IMG/VR virus record: IMGVR_UViG_3300027733_000049
Coordinates: 10,239-74,238 of that record
Direction: 5' to 3' (one strand)
Length of the DNA: 64,000 nucleotides
Source: a virus
The notes under the pieces were generated by a model that made no database searches, was not told the DNA's origin, and saw nothing but the letters and a program-made list of their open reading frames with translations. The stretch's first letter is position 1, and each line of letters starts with the position of its first letter. This document shows positions 47,929 to 56,933 of this stretch, piece after piece. The translations under genes and the position numbers were made by a program.

Positions 47929-48122
47929 ACGACTACAAAACATTGGCCTATGTAGCCAAAGAAATTGTAAAACAGCGAGAGACATACGAGACCGCAGTTC
48001 AACGCGGTAGCGCTAAAGACTACGCTGAATACAAGAACCTCTGCGGAATAATCCAAGGTCTAACGACCGCAGAGTCAATACTTAACGACCTTGTGCAAAA
48101 AATGGAGAAAATGGATGACTGA
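47925..48122 (+). CDS. small head-module protein
   Basis: G.AKDYAEYK..CG.IQGL; coupled to portal. Confidence 0.65.
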   Translation: MNDYKTLAYVAKEIVKQRETYETAVQRGSAKDYAEYKNLCGIIQGLTTAESILNDLVQKMEKMDD

Positions 48123-48525
48123 ATTTGACGTTGCAGCGGTTGATCTGTCCGGCATTCTTAATACAAATGCTGAACAAAAAGCCAAGCAATTGCCTGAACC
48201 TAAGACGTTTCACGTTTTATGCGTTGTGCCAGAAGCTATGGAAGAGTACGCCGATAGCGAAGTAGGCATCATTAAAGCTGGTCAATCCATGCACTACGAA
48301 GAAATACTGACCCCAGTATTATTTGTAGTCAAGCTTGGGCCTGACTGCTACAAAGATCCAACCCGGTTCCCTAGTGGGCCGAGCTGCAAGGAAGGTGATT
48401 TTGTCATCGTCCGCCCTAATTCAGGCACGCGCCTGAAGATTCATGGCCGAGAGTTCCGCATCATCAATGATGATTCAATCGAAGCCGTTGTTGAAGATCC
48501 GCGTGGAATTGCCCGCGCTGCATAA
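48115..48525 (+). CDS. groES: GroES-like co-chaperonin
   Basis: GII, VVKLGPD, CKEGDFVI, G..LKIHG.EFRIINDDSIEAVV. Confidence 0.8.
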   Translation: MTEFDVAAVDLSGILNTNAEQKAKQLPEPKTFHVLCVVPEAMEEYADSEVGIIKAGQSMHYEEILTPVLFVVKLGPDCYKDPTRFPSGPSCKEGDFVIVRPNSGTRLKIHGREFRIINDDSIEAVVEDPRGIARAA

Positions 48526-48533
48526 GGAAAAAT

Positions 48534-49538
48534 ATGGCACAAGCTGAATTTGAAGGCGAAGATTTTGAATTCCCTCATGAGAAGGAAGAAAAAACAAAAG
48601 CCGTAAAAGAAGACAATTTCAAGATTGAAATTGAAGATGACACCCCTCCCGCAGACCGTGGTCGTAAAGCTGCGCCCCCTCCAGAGGACGTTTCTGATGA
48701 CGAGTTGTCCTCGTACGATGAGAAAGTTCAGTCACGTTTAAAGAAATTTACACGTGGTTATCATGATGAACGTCGCGCAAAAGAGACAGCTGAACGCGAA
48801 CGGCAAGCGGCAGAAGACTTTGCCCGTCAGGTGTTTGAAGAGAATAAACGCCTGAAACAACAACTATCACACGGTAGTAAAGCTTTTATTGCAACTTCTA
48901 AGTCAGCCGCACAGGTTGAATTGGAGTCCGCTGAGAAGAAATTTAAAGCCGCCTACGAAACAGGCGACGCCGATGCTTTAACAGCCGCCCAGAAGGAAAT
49001 TTCCAAGGCAACCTTAAAACTGGACAAAGCGGAGACCATGAAACCAATTGAGGTGGAGAAGGAACCTAAGTTCCAACCTCCAGCTCGAGAAGAAGCCCAA
49101 CAGCCTAAAGTCAGCCCACGTACCCAAAAATGGATCAATTCCAACAACGATTGGTTTGGAAATGATGATGAAATGACAATGACTGCTATGGGTATTGACA
49201 AGAAGTTACAACGCGAGTATGGTGCAGATTATGTTGGCACGGAAGAATACTTCCGTACGGTTGATAAAACCATGCGCAAACGCTTTCCTGAGTATTTTGA
49301 AGATGCTCAGAGCCATGAGGACGAAGATGCCCCGCCTCAAAGAAGAAGGGCAGAACCGGTTGAAGAGGATGAACCTCCACGCCGTGCAAAATCATCTGCA
49401 GTGGTAGCTCCAGCTTCCCGCAGTACTCCACCTAATCGCATTAGGCTGAAGGCATCACAAGTTGCGTTGGCTCGCAAGCTTGGAGTGACTCCAGAAGAAT
49501 ATGCAAGACAGGTTGCTTTAATTAATAGAGGTGAATGA
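48534..49538 (+). CDS. capsid scaffolding protein (putative)
   Basis: Acidic coiled coil; C terminus QVALARKLGVTPEEYA; between portal and capsid. Confidence 0.65.
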   Translation: MAQAEFEGEDFEFPHEKEEKTKAVKEDNFKIEIEDDTPPADRGRKAAPPPEDVSDDELSSYDEKVQSRLKKFTRGYHDERRAKETAERERQAAEDFARQVFEENKRLKQQLSHGSKAFIATSKSAAQVELESAEKKFKAAYETGDADALTAAQKEISKATLKLDKAETMKPIEVEKEPKFQPPAREEAQQPKVSPRTQKWINSNNDWFGNDDEMTMTAMGIDKKLQREYGADYVGTEEYFRTVDKTMRKRFPEYFEDAQSHEDEDAPPQRRRAEPVEEDEPPRRAKSSAVVAPASRSTPPNRIRLKASQVALARKLGVTPEEYARQVALINRGE

Positions 49539-49540
49539 AT

Positions 49541-49996
49541 ATGGCCGAAACACAAAATCGTTTAAGTCGTGAGTTGGAAACCCGTAAGGCTGCTTACCGC
49601 CCAGAAGCGTGGCGTCCGCCTGAAACACTTCCTATGCCCGAGGATCGCCCCGGTTGGAAGCATCGGTATATTCGACTCAGTACGATGGGCCAAGCTGATG
49701 CCAGCAACATTTCCTCAAAAATGCGTGAAGGATACGAACCCTGCAAAGCAGAAGAATATCCCGAGCTGATGATGCACGCTGCCACTGAAGGTCGCTTTAA
49801 AGGCGGCATTGAGATTGGTGGTCTATTGTTATGCCGAATCCCTGCAGAGTTTATGGAGCAACGTGCTAAATATTACGAGCAGCAGAGCAAGTCTCAAGTG
49901 GATTCAGTTGACAATAATTTCCTTCGTGAAAATGATCCTAGGATGCCTCTTTTCTCAGAAAAGAAAACCAAGGTCACTTTCGGTTCTGGTTCTTAA
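49541..49996 (+). CDS. hypothetical head-module protein
   Basis: GWKHRYIR...EGYEP...GGLLLCRIP. Confidence 0.7.
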   Translation: MAETQNRLSRELETRKAAYRPEAWRPPETLPMPEDRPGWKHRYIRLSTMGQADASNISSKMREGYEPCKAEEYPELMMHAATEGRFKGGIEIGGLLLCRIPAEFMEQRAKYYEQQSKSQVDSVDNNFLRENDPRMPLFSEKKTKVTFGSGS

Positions 49997-50012
49997 AATA
50001 TAGGAGTCTTTT

Positions 50013-50837
50013 ATGGCTTATCCGGTTGTTGACGCCCCTTACGGGCTAAAACCGATCAATTTGATCGGAGGTCAGGTCTTTGCGGGTTCTACTCGTGATT
50101 ACCCGATCACTAACGGTTACAGCACGGCTATTTTCTACGGCGATTACGTAGGATTGTCTCGTGGTGAAATCGTGCGTCTGTCTGTGTCTACTGGCACAGC
50201 AGGCAATCAAACAGGTATCTTCTTGGGATGCCGTTACACAAACCCCGTCACTAAACAGTTGACTTTCTCGCAATACTGGCCCGCATCAACTGCGGCTGGT
50301 GATGCAGTAGCTATTGTTGCTGATGATCCTGACCAAGTGTTCAAGGGTGTTGTTTGTTCTGCTACTACCGCTGTTGCTTCTGGCGCTCGCGCCATGATTG
50401 GCCAAAACTTGGCCATGATTAACAACACAGGTAGCACTACAACTGGCAATTCCAAGAATGCCATTCTCGCACCTAACGATACTCCCGCTACTACATCATC
50501 CTTGCCCGTTCGCGTGCTTGGTTTGGTGCCTGATACGGCTGTTTCACTTGGAACTGTGACTTACACCAGCATTTCTACCGCTACTGTAACTTGCTCGGCT
50601 CTGCCGTTTGCGTTACCCGTTGGTACAGACGTTGGCTCGTTGGACTCTTCTGGAAACTATGTTTCTTCGGGTTCTTTCGTTGACACCGCCGCATCTGCCG
50701 GTGCTACATCGTTTATTTTGAACCAAGCTCCTGTTGCTACATTGAACACTACTATTGTGTTGATGCAGTACCCAGAGATTCTGGTCAAGATCAACTTTGG
50801 TCAGCATCAGTATTATGCTGGTACCAGCATTGCTTAA
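50013..50837 (+). CDS. capsid decoration/minor capsid protein
   Basis: APYGLKP..., AIFYGD, IVADDP; directly before the major capsid gene. Confidence 0.55.
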   Translation: MAYPVVDAPYGLKPINLIGGQVFAGSTRDYPITNGYSTAIFYGDYVGLSRGEIVRLSVSTGTAGNQTGIFLGCRYTNPVTKQLTFSQYWPASTAAGDAVAIVADDPDQVFKGVVCSATTAVASGARAMIGQNLAMINNTGSTTTGNSKNAILAPNDTPATTSSLPVRVLGLVPDTAVSLGTVTYTSISTATVTCSALPFALPVGTDVGSLDSSGNYVSSGSFVDTAASAGATSFILNQAPVATLNTTIVLMQYPEILVKINFGQHQYYAGTSIA

Positions 50838-50850
50838 GGAGTAACTTAAA

Positions 50851-51762
50851 ATGGCAATTTCACGCGCACAACTACTTAAGGAACTCCTGCCCGGCCTGAA
50901 CGCATTGTTCGGTATGGAGTACGCACGCTACGGTGAAGAACATAAAGAAATTTATGAGACTGAAACCTCTGAGCGTTCCTTCGAAGAAGAGACCAAGCTG
51001 TCTGGTTTCTCTGCTGCACCAGTCAAAAACGAGGGTTCTGCCATCGCTTATGACAATGCTCAAGAGGCATGGACAACTCGCTACAACCACGAAACCATCG
51101 CTTTAGGCTTCTCCATCACGGAAGAAGCTGTGGAAGATAACTTGTATGACTCCTTGTCTGCTCGTTACACCAAAGCATTGGCCCGTGCTATGGCTTACAC
51201 CAAACAGGTTAAAGCTGCCGCCGTTATTAATAACGGTTTCAGCGCAGCCTATGTTGGTGGCGACGGCGTACCTTTGTATAGCACTGCTCACCCCCTGATC
51301 TCAGGTGGTACGAACAGCAATCGTCCTTCTACTGCCGCTGATTTGAACGAGACTTCTTTGGAAGCCGCCGTTATTCAAATCGCTGCTTGGACAGACGAGC
51401 GTGGTCTTTTGATCGCTGCTAAACCAAAGAAATTGATTGTTCCTCCAGCCCTGCAATTCGTTGCGACTCGTTTGTTGGAAACCAGCCTCCGTGTTGGCAC
51501 AACTGACAACGACATCAACGCGTTGAAGAACAACGGTTCAATCCCTGAAGGCTACACCATTAACCACTACCTGACCGACACAAACGGCTGGTATTTGACT
51601 ACTGATGTACCTAACGGTCTGAAGCACTTCATCCGCTCTCCTTTGGAGAACAAGATGGACGGTGACTTCGACACAGGTAACGTTCGTTACAAGGCCCGTG
51701 AGCGTTATAGCTTCGGCTGGTCTGATCCGTTGGGCACTTTTGGCTCACCCGGTTCGTCCTGA
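50851..51762 (+). CDS. major capsid protein (HK97 fold, Mu gpT-like)
   Basis: Strong AAGGAG RBS; K.EG.AI.YD, GDGV.L.S.AHP, PKKLIVPP, YKARERYSFGWSD. Confidence 0.88.
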   Translation: MAISRAQLLKELLPGLNALFGMEYARYGEEHKEIYETETSERSFEEETKLSGFSAAPVKNEGSAIAYDNAQEAWTTRYNHETIALGFSITEEAVEDNLYDSLSARYTKALARAMAYTKQVKAAAVINNGFSAAYVGGDGVPLYSTAHPLISGGTNSNRPSTAADLNETSLEAAVIQIAAWTDERGLLIAAKPKKLIVPPALQFVATRLLETSLRVGTTDNDINALKNNGSIPEGYTINHYLTDTNGWYLTTDVPNGLKHFIRSPLENKMDGDFDTGNVRYKARERYSFGWSDPLGTFGSPGSS

Positions 51763-51769
51763 TAAATTA

Positions 51770-51816
51770 AATATTTCTTCGGAAATATTGGAAGGGGGCC
51801 TTGTGCCCCCTTTTTA
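51770..51816 (+). terminator. UUCG hairpin plus intrinsic terminator after the capsid gene
   Basis: AATATTTC-TTCG-GAAATATT, then AAGGGGGC-CTTGT-GCCCCCTT-TTT. Confidence 0.8.
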
Positions 51817-51838
51817 TTTGGTGTATATTGACTTTAAT

Positions 51839-51906
51839 CCGGGCTTTCCGGTGCATCAAACAGTCCCGGCTGACGACATACAGATTGATGCACTTAACTT
51901 GTATGT
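51839..51906 (+). ncRNA. candidate double-pseudoknot RNA / cis-regulatory 5'UTR
   Basis: Interleaved helices CCGGG/CCCGG, GTGCATCAA/TTGATGCAC and ACATACA/TGTATGT. Confidence 0.55.
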
Positions 51907-51917
51907 AAGGAATTATC

Positions 51918-52406
51918 ATGGGATTCGCAACTCACCTAGGCCCTTGGCTGCTTGGCACTGTTAAAAACACTACCGGCACCACTGCTGGCACGATCCGCAA
52001 CATGGGCGCAACTGTTGTTACACAGACTGGCGTGACCACTGTTAACGATACAACTGCTACTACATTGTTTGTGTTGCCCGCTGGCGCAATGATTAACAAC
52101 TTCCTAGTGAACATTACTACTGCCTACGCAGGTACTACTGGTAACACAATCACTGTGAAGATTGGCTCTACAACTCTGGGTACTGTTGGTGGTGCTACCA
52201 CTACGCCTTTGTCTGTTGGCCGCGCAACGTTCACTATCACTGACGCAAGCATTGCTACTTATCAGAGCGTAGGTTCAACTGATGCAATCGTTACAGTAAC
52301 TTACGCCTGTGCTGGTACAGCCAGTGGCGGTGCAGCAAGTATTACTTGTGTTTACACTGTGCGCGATAGCGACGGTTCAGCTAATCCTTCGTCTTCTGCT
52401 GCTTAA
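51918..52406 (+). CDS. virion structural protein (capsid spike/decoration-like)
   Basis: Thr/Gly-rich beta protein with LPAGAMI; after the major capsid gene. Confidence 0.6.
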   Translation: MGFATHLGPWLLGTVKNTTGTTAGTIRNMGATVVTQTGVTTVNDTTATTLFVLPAGAMINNFLVNITTAYAGTTGNTITVKIGSTTLGTVGGATTTPLSVGRATFTITDASIATYQSVGSTDAIVTVTYACAGTASGGAASITCVYTVRDSDGSANPSSSAA

Positions 52407-52414
52407 TTAGTCTA

Positions 52415-52434
52415 GGGGGCTTCGGCCCCCATTT
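52415..52434 (+). terminator. GGGGGC-TTCG-GCCCCC hairpin (weak terminator or stability element)
   Basis: cUUCGg hairpin with short U tail. Confidence 0.55.
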
Positions 52435-52449
52435 ACAAGGAGATTAATT

Positions 52450-52734
52450 ATGATGCAGACAGACGTAAAAGCCGTCCATTTGGATGCAAGCGGTGTGGGT
52501 TTTGCAGGCCGTACCAGAGTTCGTGGTTATCAAGTTGCTCCCGGCGGTACTGCTGGTGAAATTCAATTTTACGATAATGCAACCACTAATGCTGGCAACA
52601 ATTTGCTAACTCTACACGTTACAACTAACACAGCCGTTATTGCAACATTGATACCCGGTGAAGGTGTATTGTTTCAAAACGGGTTTTACGTAGTGTTACC
52701 AACAAACGCCTCTATCACGGTGTTCTATGGCTAA
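52450..52734 (+). CDS. small structural protein
   Basis: AAGGAG RBS; IPGEGVLF..G. Confidence 0.65.
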   Translation: MMQTDVKAVHLDASGVGFAGRTRVRGYQVAPGGTAGEIQFYDNATTNAGNNLLTLHVTTNTAVIATLIPGEGVLFQNGFYVVLPTNASITVFYG

Positions 52735-53041
52735 GAGTCCAGCATGGCAGAGGAAAGAAGGCAAGAACCCCAAGGGTGGCTTGAACGCCAAGGGGCGAGC
52801 CTCTGCGAAAGCGCAAGGCATGAACTTGAAACGTCCCCAGCCAGAAGGCGGCTCCCGGCGCGACTCTTTCTGTGCGAGGATGAGTGGCATGAAAAAGAAG
52901 CTAACCAGCGCAAAGACAGCCAACGACCCGGATTCAAGGATCAATAAATCTTTGAGGGCGTGGAATTGTGCTGATGGTGGTTACGTTTCTGCTGCTGATG
53001 GTTGTGCTACCAAAGGCAAAACAAAAGGACGTATGGTATGA
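52727..53041 (+). CDS. basic protein (DUF6321-like, from recall) with C-terminal KGKT tag
   Basis: KNPKGGLNAKGR..SFCARM..WNC, then ADGCATKGKTKGRMV. Confidence 0.7.
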   Translation: MAKSPAWQRKEGKNPKGGLNAKGRASAKAQGMNLKRPQPEGGSRRDSFCARMSGMKKKLTSAKTANDPDSRINKSLRAWNCADGGYVSAADGCATKGKTKGRMV

Positions 53042-53235
53042 CTGAACATCACGACACGGCTAAAGCAGTTGCAGATGGCGCAGCAGTCTTGACGACTATT
53101 GGCGTTATGGCTACATGGCTCCCGCCTTTGGCTTCTCTATTTACGATCATTTACCTTGGTCTTCGTATTTGGGAGTCTGAAACCGTTCGCGGTATGACCA
53201 AACGCAAAGGGGATTCAAATGCCAGCGACGAGTGA
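53038..53235 (+). CDS. small two-TM membrane protein (holin-like)
   Basis: ATGA-coupled; WLPPLASLFTIIYLGLRIWE. Confidence 0.55.
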   Translation: MTEHHDTAKAVADGAAVLTTIGVMATWLPPLASLFTIIYLGLRIWESETVRGMTKRKGDSNASDE

Positions 53236-53875
53236 AAAACAAAAGCGTTTCATGGACGCCGCTGCACACAACCCAAAGTTTGCAAAAGCTGTTGGTATAC
53301 CAACGTCTGTTGCTAAAGAGTTTAGTGGAGCAAGCAAAGGTATGAGTTTTGGTAAGGGCGCACCTAGCTCCCGCGCTGAAGTTCAAGCTGTAAATAAACC
53401 AAAGACCGACCATGGTGGATCGGCTTTCTTTAAAAAAGGTGGTAATACCATGGCTACAAAAGGCGTAAACCCATTTGCTAAATTCGAAAAGTCTGGTAAA
53501 GACATTGAGAAGAAAAGCATGAAAGAAGGCTCCAAAAAAGAAGAAGCTTTTGATCGTAAACAAATGATGGGCATGAAGAAAATGGCTGAAGGTGGCATGA
53601 CAGACAAAGCCCAAGATAAAGCCATGATCAAAAAAGCTTTTAAACAGCACGACATGCAAGAGCACAAAGGTGGTAAAGGTACAGCTTTGAAATTGGCTAA
53701 AGGCGGCGATGCTAAGTACATGTCTTTTGGTTCTAAGGGTCAGCCAGCTGGTATGAAGCCGGTTCAGAAAATGGCTTCTGGCGGCTCATTCCGTTCCGCT
53801 GCTAATGGTGTTGCTACAAAAGGCAAAACCAAAGGTACACAAATTAAAATGAACAAGGGCGGAATGCCCTGCTAA
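53219..53875 (+). CDS. basic low-complexity internal head protein
   Basis: MPATSEKQKRFM; five xxxGG motifs; KGKT tag. Confidence 0.7.
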   Translation: MPATSEKQKRFMDAAAHNPKFAKAVGIPTSVAKEFSGASKGMSFGKGAPSSRAEVQAVNKPKTDHGGSAFFKKGGNTMATKGVNPFAKFEKSGKDIEKKSMKEGSKKEEAFDRKQMMGMKKMAEGGMTDKAQDKAMIKKAFKQHDMQEHKGGKGTALKLAKGGDAKYMSFGSKGQPAGMKPVQKMASGGSFRSAANGVATKGKTKGTQIKMNKGGMPC

Positions 53876-53885
53876 AGGAACAACC

Positions 53886-55007
53886 ATGGCACGTAAAGGT
53901 AGAGACTTAGCTGGACTTGCAGCGCTTGGTGCGCTGGGTTACATGTTGTCAAAAGGGGATAAAGCCGCCCCTACGGGTGGTGGCAGAATGCCCGCCGCCG
54001 CTCCAGAAGCTGGGCCATCTATTGATGATGACATGCGCAAACGCGCCCTTGCAGAAGGTGAAAAAGTCTCTGAAGGCGAGCGTGTATCACGTTACAAGCC
54101 AAATCCTTTTGACGTTGAAGACGCTGGCGGTGGTTATGATAATAAACCTGCAGCACGTCCTACAGCACGTCCTACCGCTACTACAGCGCCTAGTGTTGCC
54201 ACAGGTGTAGATCCACGTAATCGTGAAGCAGGTATGTCTCGTGGTACACGTAACGCGCCTATGGCAGGTGCTGGTCGTGGTGGTCAGGGTGGTCCCACAG
54301 CTGAAGAACTTGCAGCTTATGCTGCCAGCCGTCAAGGTGGCTCTGGTCGTGGTGGTCAAGGTGGCCCTCGTGCAGGTGAAGCCGAGGCTTATGCTCGTAG
54401 TATGGCAATGCGTGGAGCTAAAGAAAATGAAATTCCTACTGGCGGCCCCGCTGGCTACTCTGGTGTTCGCGGTGAAAAGATTGATAGTTCCGAATTAGGC
54501 CGTAATGTAAGCAACTCACTGGCGGCTATGGGTCCCGGTAAGTTGTCCGGTGTTAGTAAGATTGGTTACGAAATGCGTAATGCAGATGCAATACGTAGAT
54601 CAGCTATGGCTGGTGAAGTCCCCGTACGTGAAGCAGTTACTAATCCATTAGCTTGGATGGCTGGTCCTAAAAACGTTGGTAAATTCTCTGGTGAAGTACC
54701 CGCCGCTGGACGTGAGGCTGTGACTAATCCAATGTCTTGGATGGCTGGCCCAAAGGGCATGAAGCAGTTTGAAGAAGCTGCTCCCAGTATGACTTCCAAA
54801 GCTATGGATGCTGCTGAAAGACTGGCAGCTCGGTATAGAAAGAAACCTTTGTCCGAATCTGACACCACTGGTGGCGCAATTGGCTACAAGCGTGGTGGTT
54901 CAGTTAAACCAAAGAAAATGGCATCTGGCGGCATGGCTCGCAGTGGTGCTTCAAAACGTGCTGATGGTATTGCTACCAAAGGCAAAACACGCGGCAGAAT
55001 TTGTTAA
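53886..55007 (+). CDS. low-complexity internal head protein
   Basis: Internal repeats; YKRGG, MASGG; C-terminal ADGIATKGKTRGRIC. Confidence 0.7.
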   Translation: MARKGRDLAGLAALGALGYMLSKGDKAAPTGGGRMPAAAPEAGPSIDDDMRKRALAEGEKVSEGERVSRYKPNPFDVEDAGGGYDNKPAARPTARPTATTAPSVATGVDPRNREAGMSRGTRNAPMAGAGRGGQGGPTAEELAAYAASRQGGSGRGGQGGPRAGEAEAYARSMAMRGAKENEIPTGGPAGYSGVRGEKIDSSELGRNVSNSLAAMGPGKLSGVSKIGYEMRNADAIRRSAMAGEVPVREAVTNPLAWMAGPKNVGKFSGEVPAAGREAVTNPMSWMAGPKGMKQFEEAAPSMTSKAMDAAERLAARYRKKPLSESDTTGGAIGYKRGGSVKPKKMASGGMARSGASKRADGIATKGKTRGRIC

Positions 55008-55016
55008 GGAAAAATC

Positions 55017-55502
55017 ATGGCTGACATTGAATACAAAACCCCCCAAGACGTAGCCGACGAAAAGGCTAGTAAAAAAGCTGGCGCTGCTTTTGATAAAGCG
55101 ATGCCTGAACCTGATACTACGACTGGTGACTTTGATAGCTACCGTAAACAAAAGCAAGGCGAAATTGCAGGGCGACAAGCAAGCCGAGATGCTGCAAACA
55201 ATGCTAGAGATAACGCCAAATCTAAAGCTGTTTATGATCAGTCTGTTAAAAAATATGAACGTGAAAAAATACTAAATCCTGATGGAATAAACAAGAGTCT
55301 TGATAAAGGTCTTGATAACATTGGGGACAAAATTCGATCAGTTGGTGAATTTTTTGGTTCAAACAGAATGACGAGCATGGACGATAAAGCCCAAATGAAA
55401 GCTCGTAAAGATGTTAAAGGTTACGCTGGTGGCGGTATGACCGCTTCTAGTCGTGCTGATGGATGCTGCACCAAAGGTAAAACACGCGGAAAGATGGTGT
55501 AA
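55017..55502 (+). CDS. internal head protein with KGKT tag
   Basis: YAGGG...RADGCCTKGKTRGKMV. Confidence 0.7.
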   Translation: MADIEYKTPQDVADEKASKKAGAAFDKAMPEPDTTTGDFDSYRKQKQGEIAGRQASRDAANNARDNAKSKAVYDQSVKKYEREKILNPDGINKSLDKGLDNIGDKIRSVGEFFGSNRMTSMDDKAQMKARKDVKGYAGGGMTASSRADGCCTKGKTRGKMV

Positions 55503-55504
55503 CC

Positions 55505-55780
55505 ATGATGGCCAGCCGTGGCATGGGAGCCATGTCCCCAAGTAAAATGCCCAAGGGTAAGAAAACTGCCCGTCGGGATGACACGGATTTTACGCAGTAC
55601 GCTGCTGGTGGTAAAGTAAATGCGGCTGGCAATTACACAAAACCCGGTCTTCGTAAGAGGATTGTGTCGCAAGTAAAAGCAGCAGCTACGCAAGGTACGG
55701 GTGCAGGGCAATGGTCAGCACGTAAAGCTCAACTTGTTGCTAAGAAGTACAAAGCATCAGGTGGGGGGTATCGAGATTGA
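55505..55780 (+). CDS. DUF5872-like N-half (from recall)
   Basis: NYTKP.LRKRI...GQWSARKAQL...YK..GGGY. Confidence 0.65.
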   Translation: MMASRGMGAMSPSKMPKGKKTARRDDTDFTQYAAGGKVNAAGNYTKPGLRKRIVSQVKAAATQGTGAGQWSARKAQLVAKKYKASGGGYRD

Positions 55781-56010
55781 AAGCGCCTCAGAAATCATTG
55801 AAAGACTGGGGCGACCAAAAATGGAGAACCAAAAGTGGCAAACGCTCTTCTGACACGGGTGAAAGATACCTTCCAAGTGCTGCGATCAAAAGTCTCAGCC
55901 CTGCTGAGTACGCTGCAACAACGCGTGCGAAACGTGCTGGCAAAAAAGCCGGACAACAATTTGTAGCGCAACCAAAGACTATTGCAAAGAAAACGGCAGG
56001 ATTTAGATGA
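55777..56010 (+). CDS. DUF5872-like C-half (from recall)
   Basis: QKSLKDW..QKWRTKSG...GERYLP. Confidence 0.6.
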   Translation: MKAPQKSLKDWGDQKWRTKSGKRSSDTGERYLPSAAIKSLSPAEYAATTRAKRAGKKAGQQFVAQPKTIAKKTAGFR

Positions 56011-56933
56011 CCACTTCTGGAACAGCAACGTTTAACCTTGACCTCACAGAGATCGTTGAGGAAGCATTTGAGCGTGCTGGTTCGGAGTTGCGTACGGGCT
56101 ACGACTTACGTACAGCCCGCCGTTCTTTAAACTTGTTGTTTGCTGACTGGGCAAACCGTGGCATCAACATGTGGACGTTTGAGCAAGGTACGATTACCAT
56201 GACTCAAGGGTTAGCCACATATGCTTTACCAAACGACACAGTAGATCTGCTTGAACACGTTATTCGTACAGGCGCTGGTAATTCTTCTACGCAGGCTGAT
56301 TTGACAATTACCCGTATTAGTGTTTCTACTTACGCCACAATTCCAAACAAGTTACAGCAAGCTCGCCCAATTCAAATGTGGTTTCAGCGTTTAGATGGAC
56401 AAACGTCGTCCATAGGAACTACATTAAATGGTGGAATTTCAGCTACCGATACTACAATTACGCTGACTTCTACAGCGGGGTTGTCTGCTACTGGGTTTGT
56501 TTTAATTGAATCTGAAACAGTACAGTATGGCTACATCAGCGGGAACGTACTCTATAACTGCTTCCGTGGCCAAAATAATACAACCGCAGTAGCGCACTCG
56601 ACTGCCGCTACTGTTTACCAACAAAACTTGCCATCCGTTACTGTTTGGCCCACACCTGATGGATCACAAACCTACCAATTCGTTTATTGGCGTATGCGTC
56701 GTATTGATGACGCAGGCGGCGGCACTCGGACTATGGATGTACCTTTCCGTTTCCTGCCCTGTTTGGTTGCTGGACTCGCCTACTATCTTGCACTTAAGGT
56801 AGAGAATGGGGCAACACGTTTAGAAGTACTCAAAATGCAATACGACGAGGCTTGGCAGTTGGCGGCTGGTGAAGACCAAGAACGCGCTGCTTTACGTTTT
56901 GTGCCTCGTCAACAGTACATTGGGGGCACCTGA
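56007..56933 (+). CDS. head-tail adaptor (tail tubular A-like) with inserted beta domain
   Basis: EEAFERAG..ARRSLN...W.NRG; VWPTPD; AGLAYYLA. Confidence 0.6.
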   Translation: MTTSGTATFNLDLTEIVEEAFERAGSELRTGYDLRTARRSLNLLFADWANRGINMWTFEQGTITMTQGLATYALPNDTVDLLEHVIRTGAGNSSTQADLTITRISVSTYATIPNKLQQARPIQMWFQRLDGQTSSIGTTLNGGISATDTTITLTSTAGLSATGFVLIESETVQYGYISGNVLYNCFRGQNNTTAVAHSTAATVYQQNLPSVTVWPTPDGSQTYQFVYWRMRRIDDAGGGTRTMDVPFRFLPCLVAGLAYYLALKVENGATRLEVLKMQYDEAWQLAAGEDQERAALRFVPRQQYIGGT

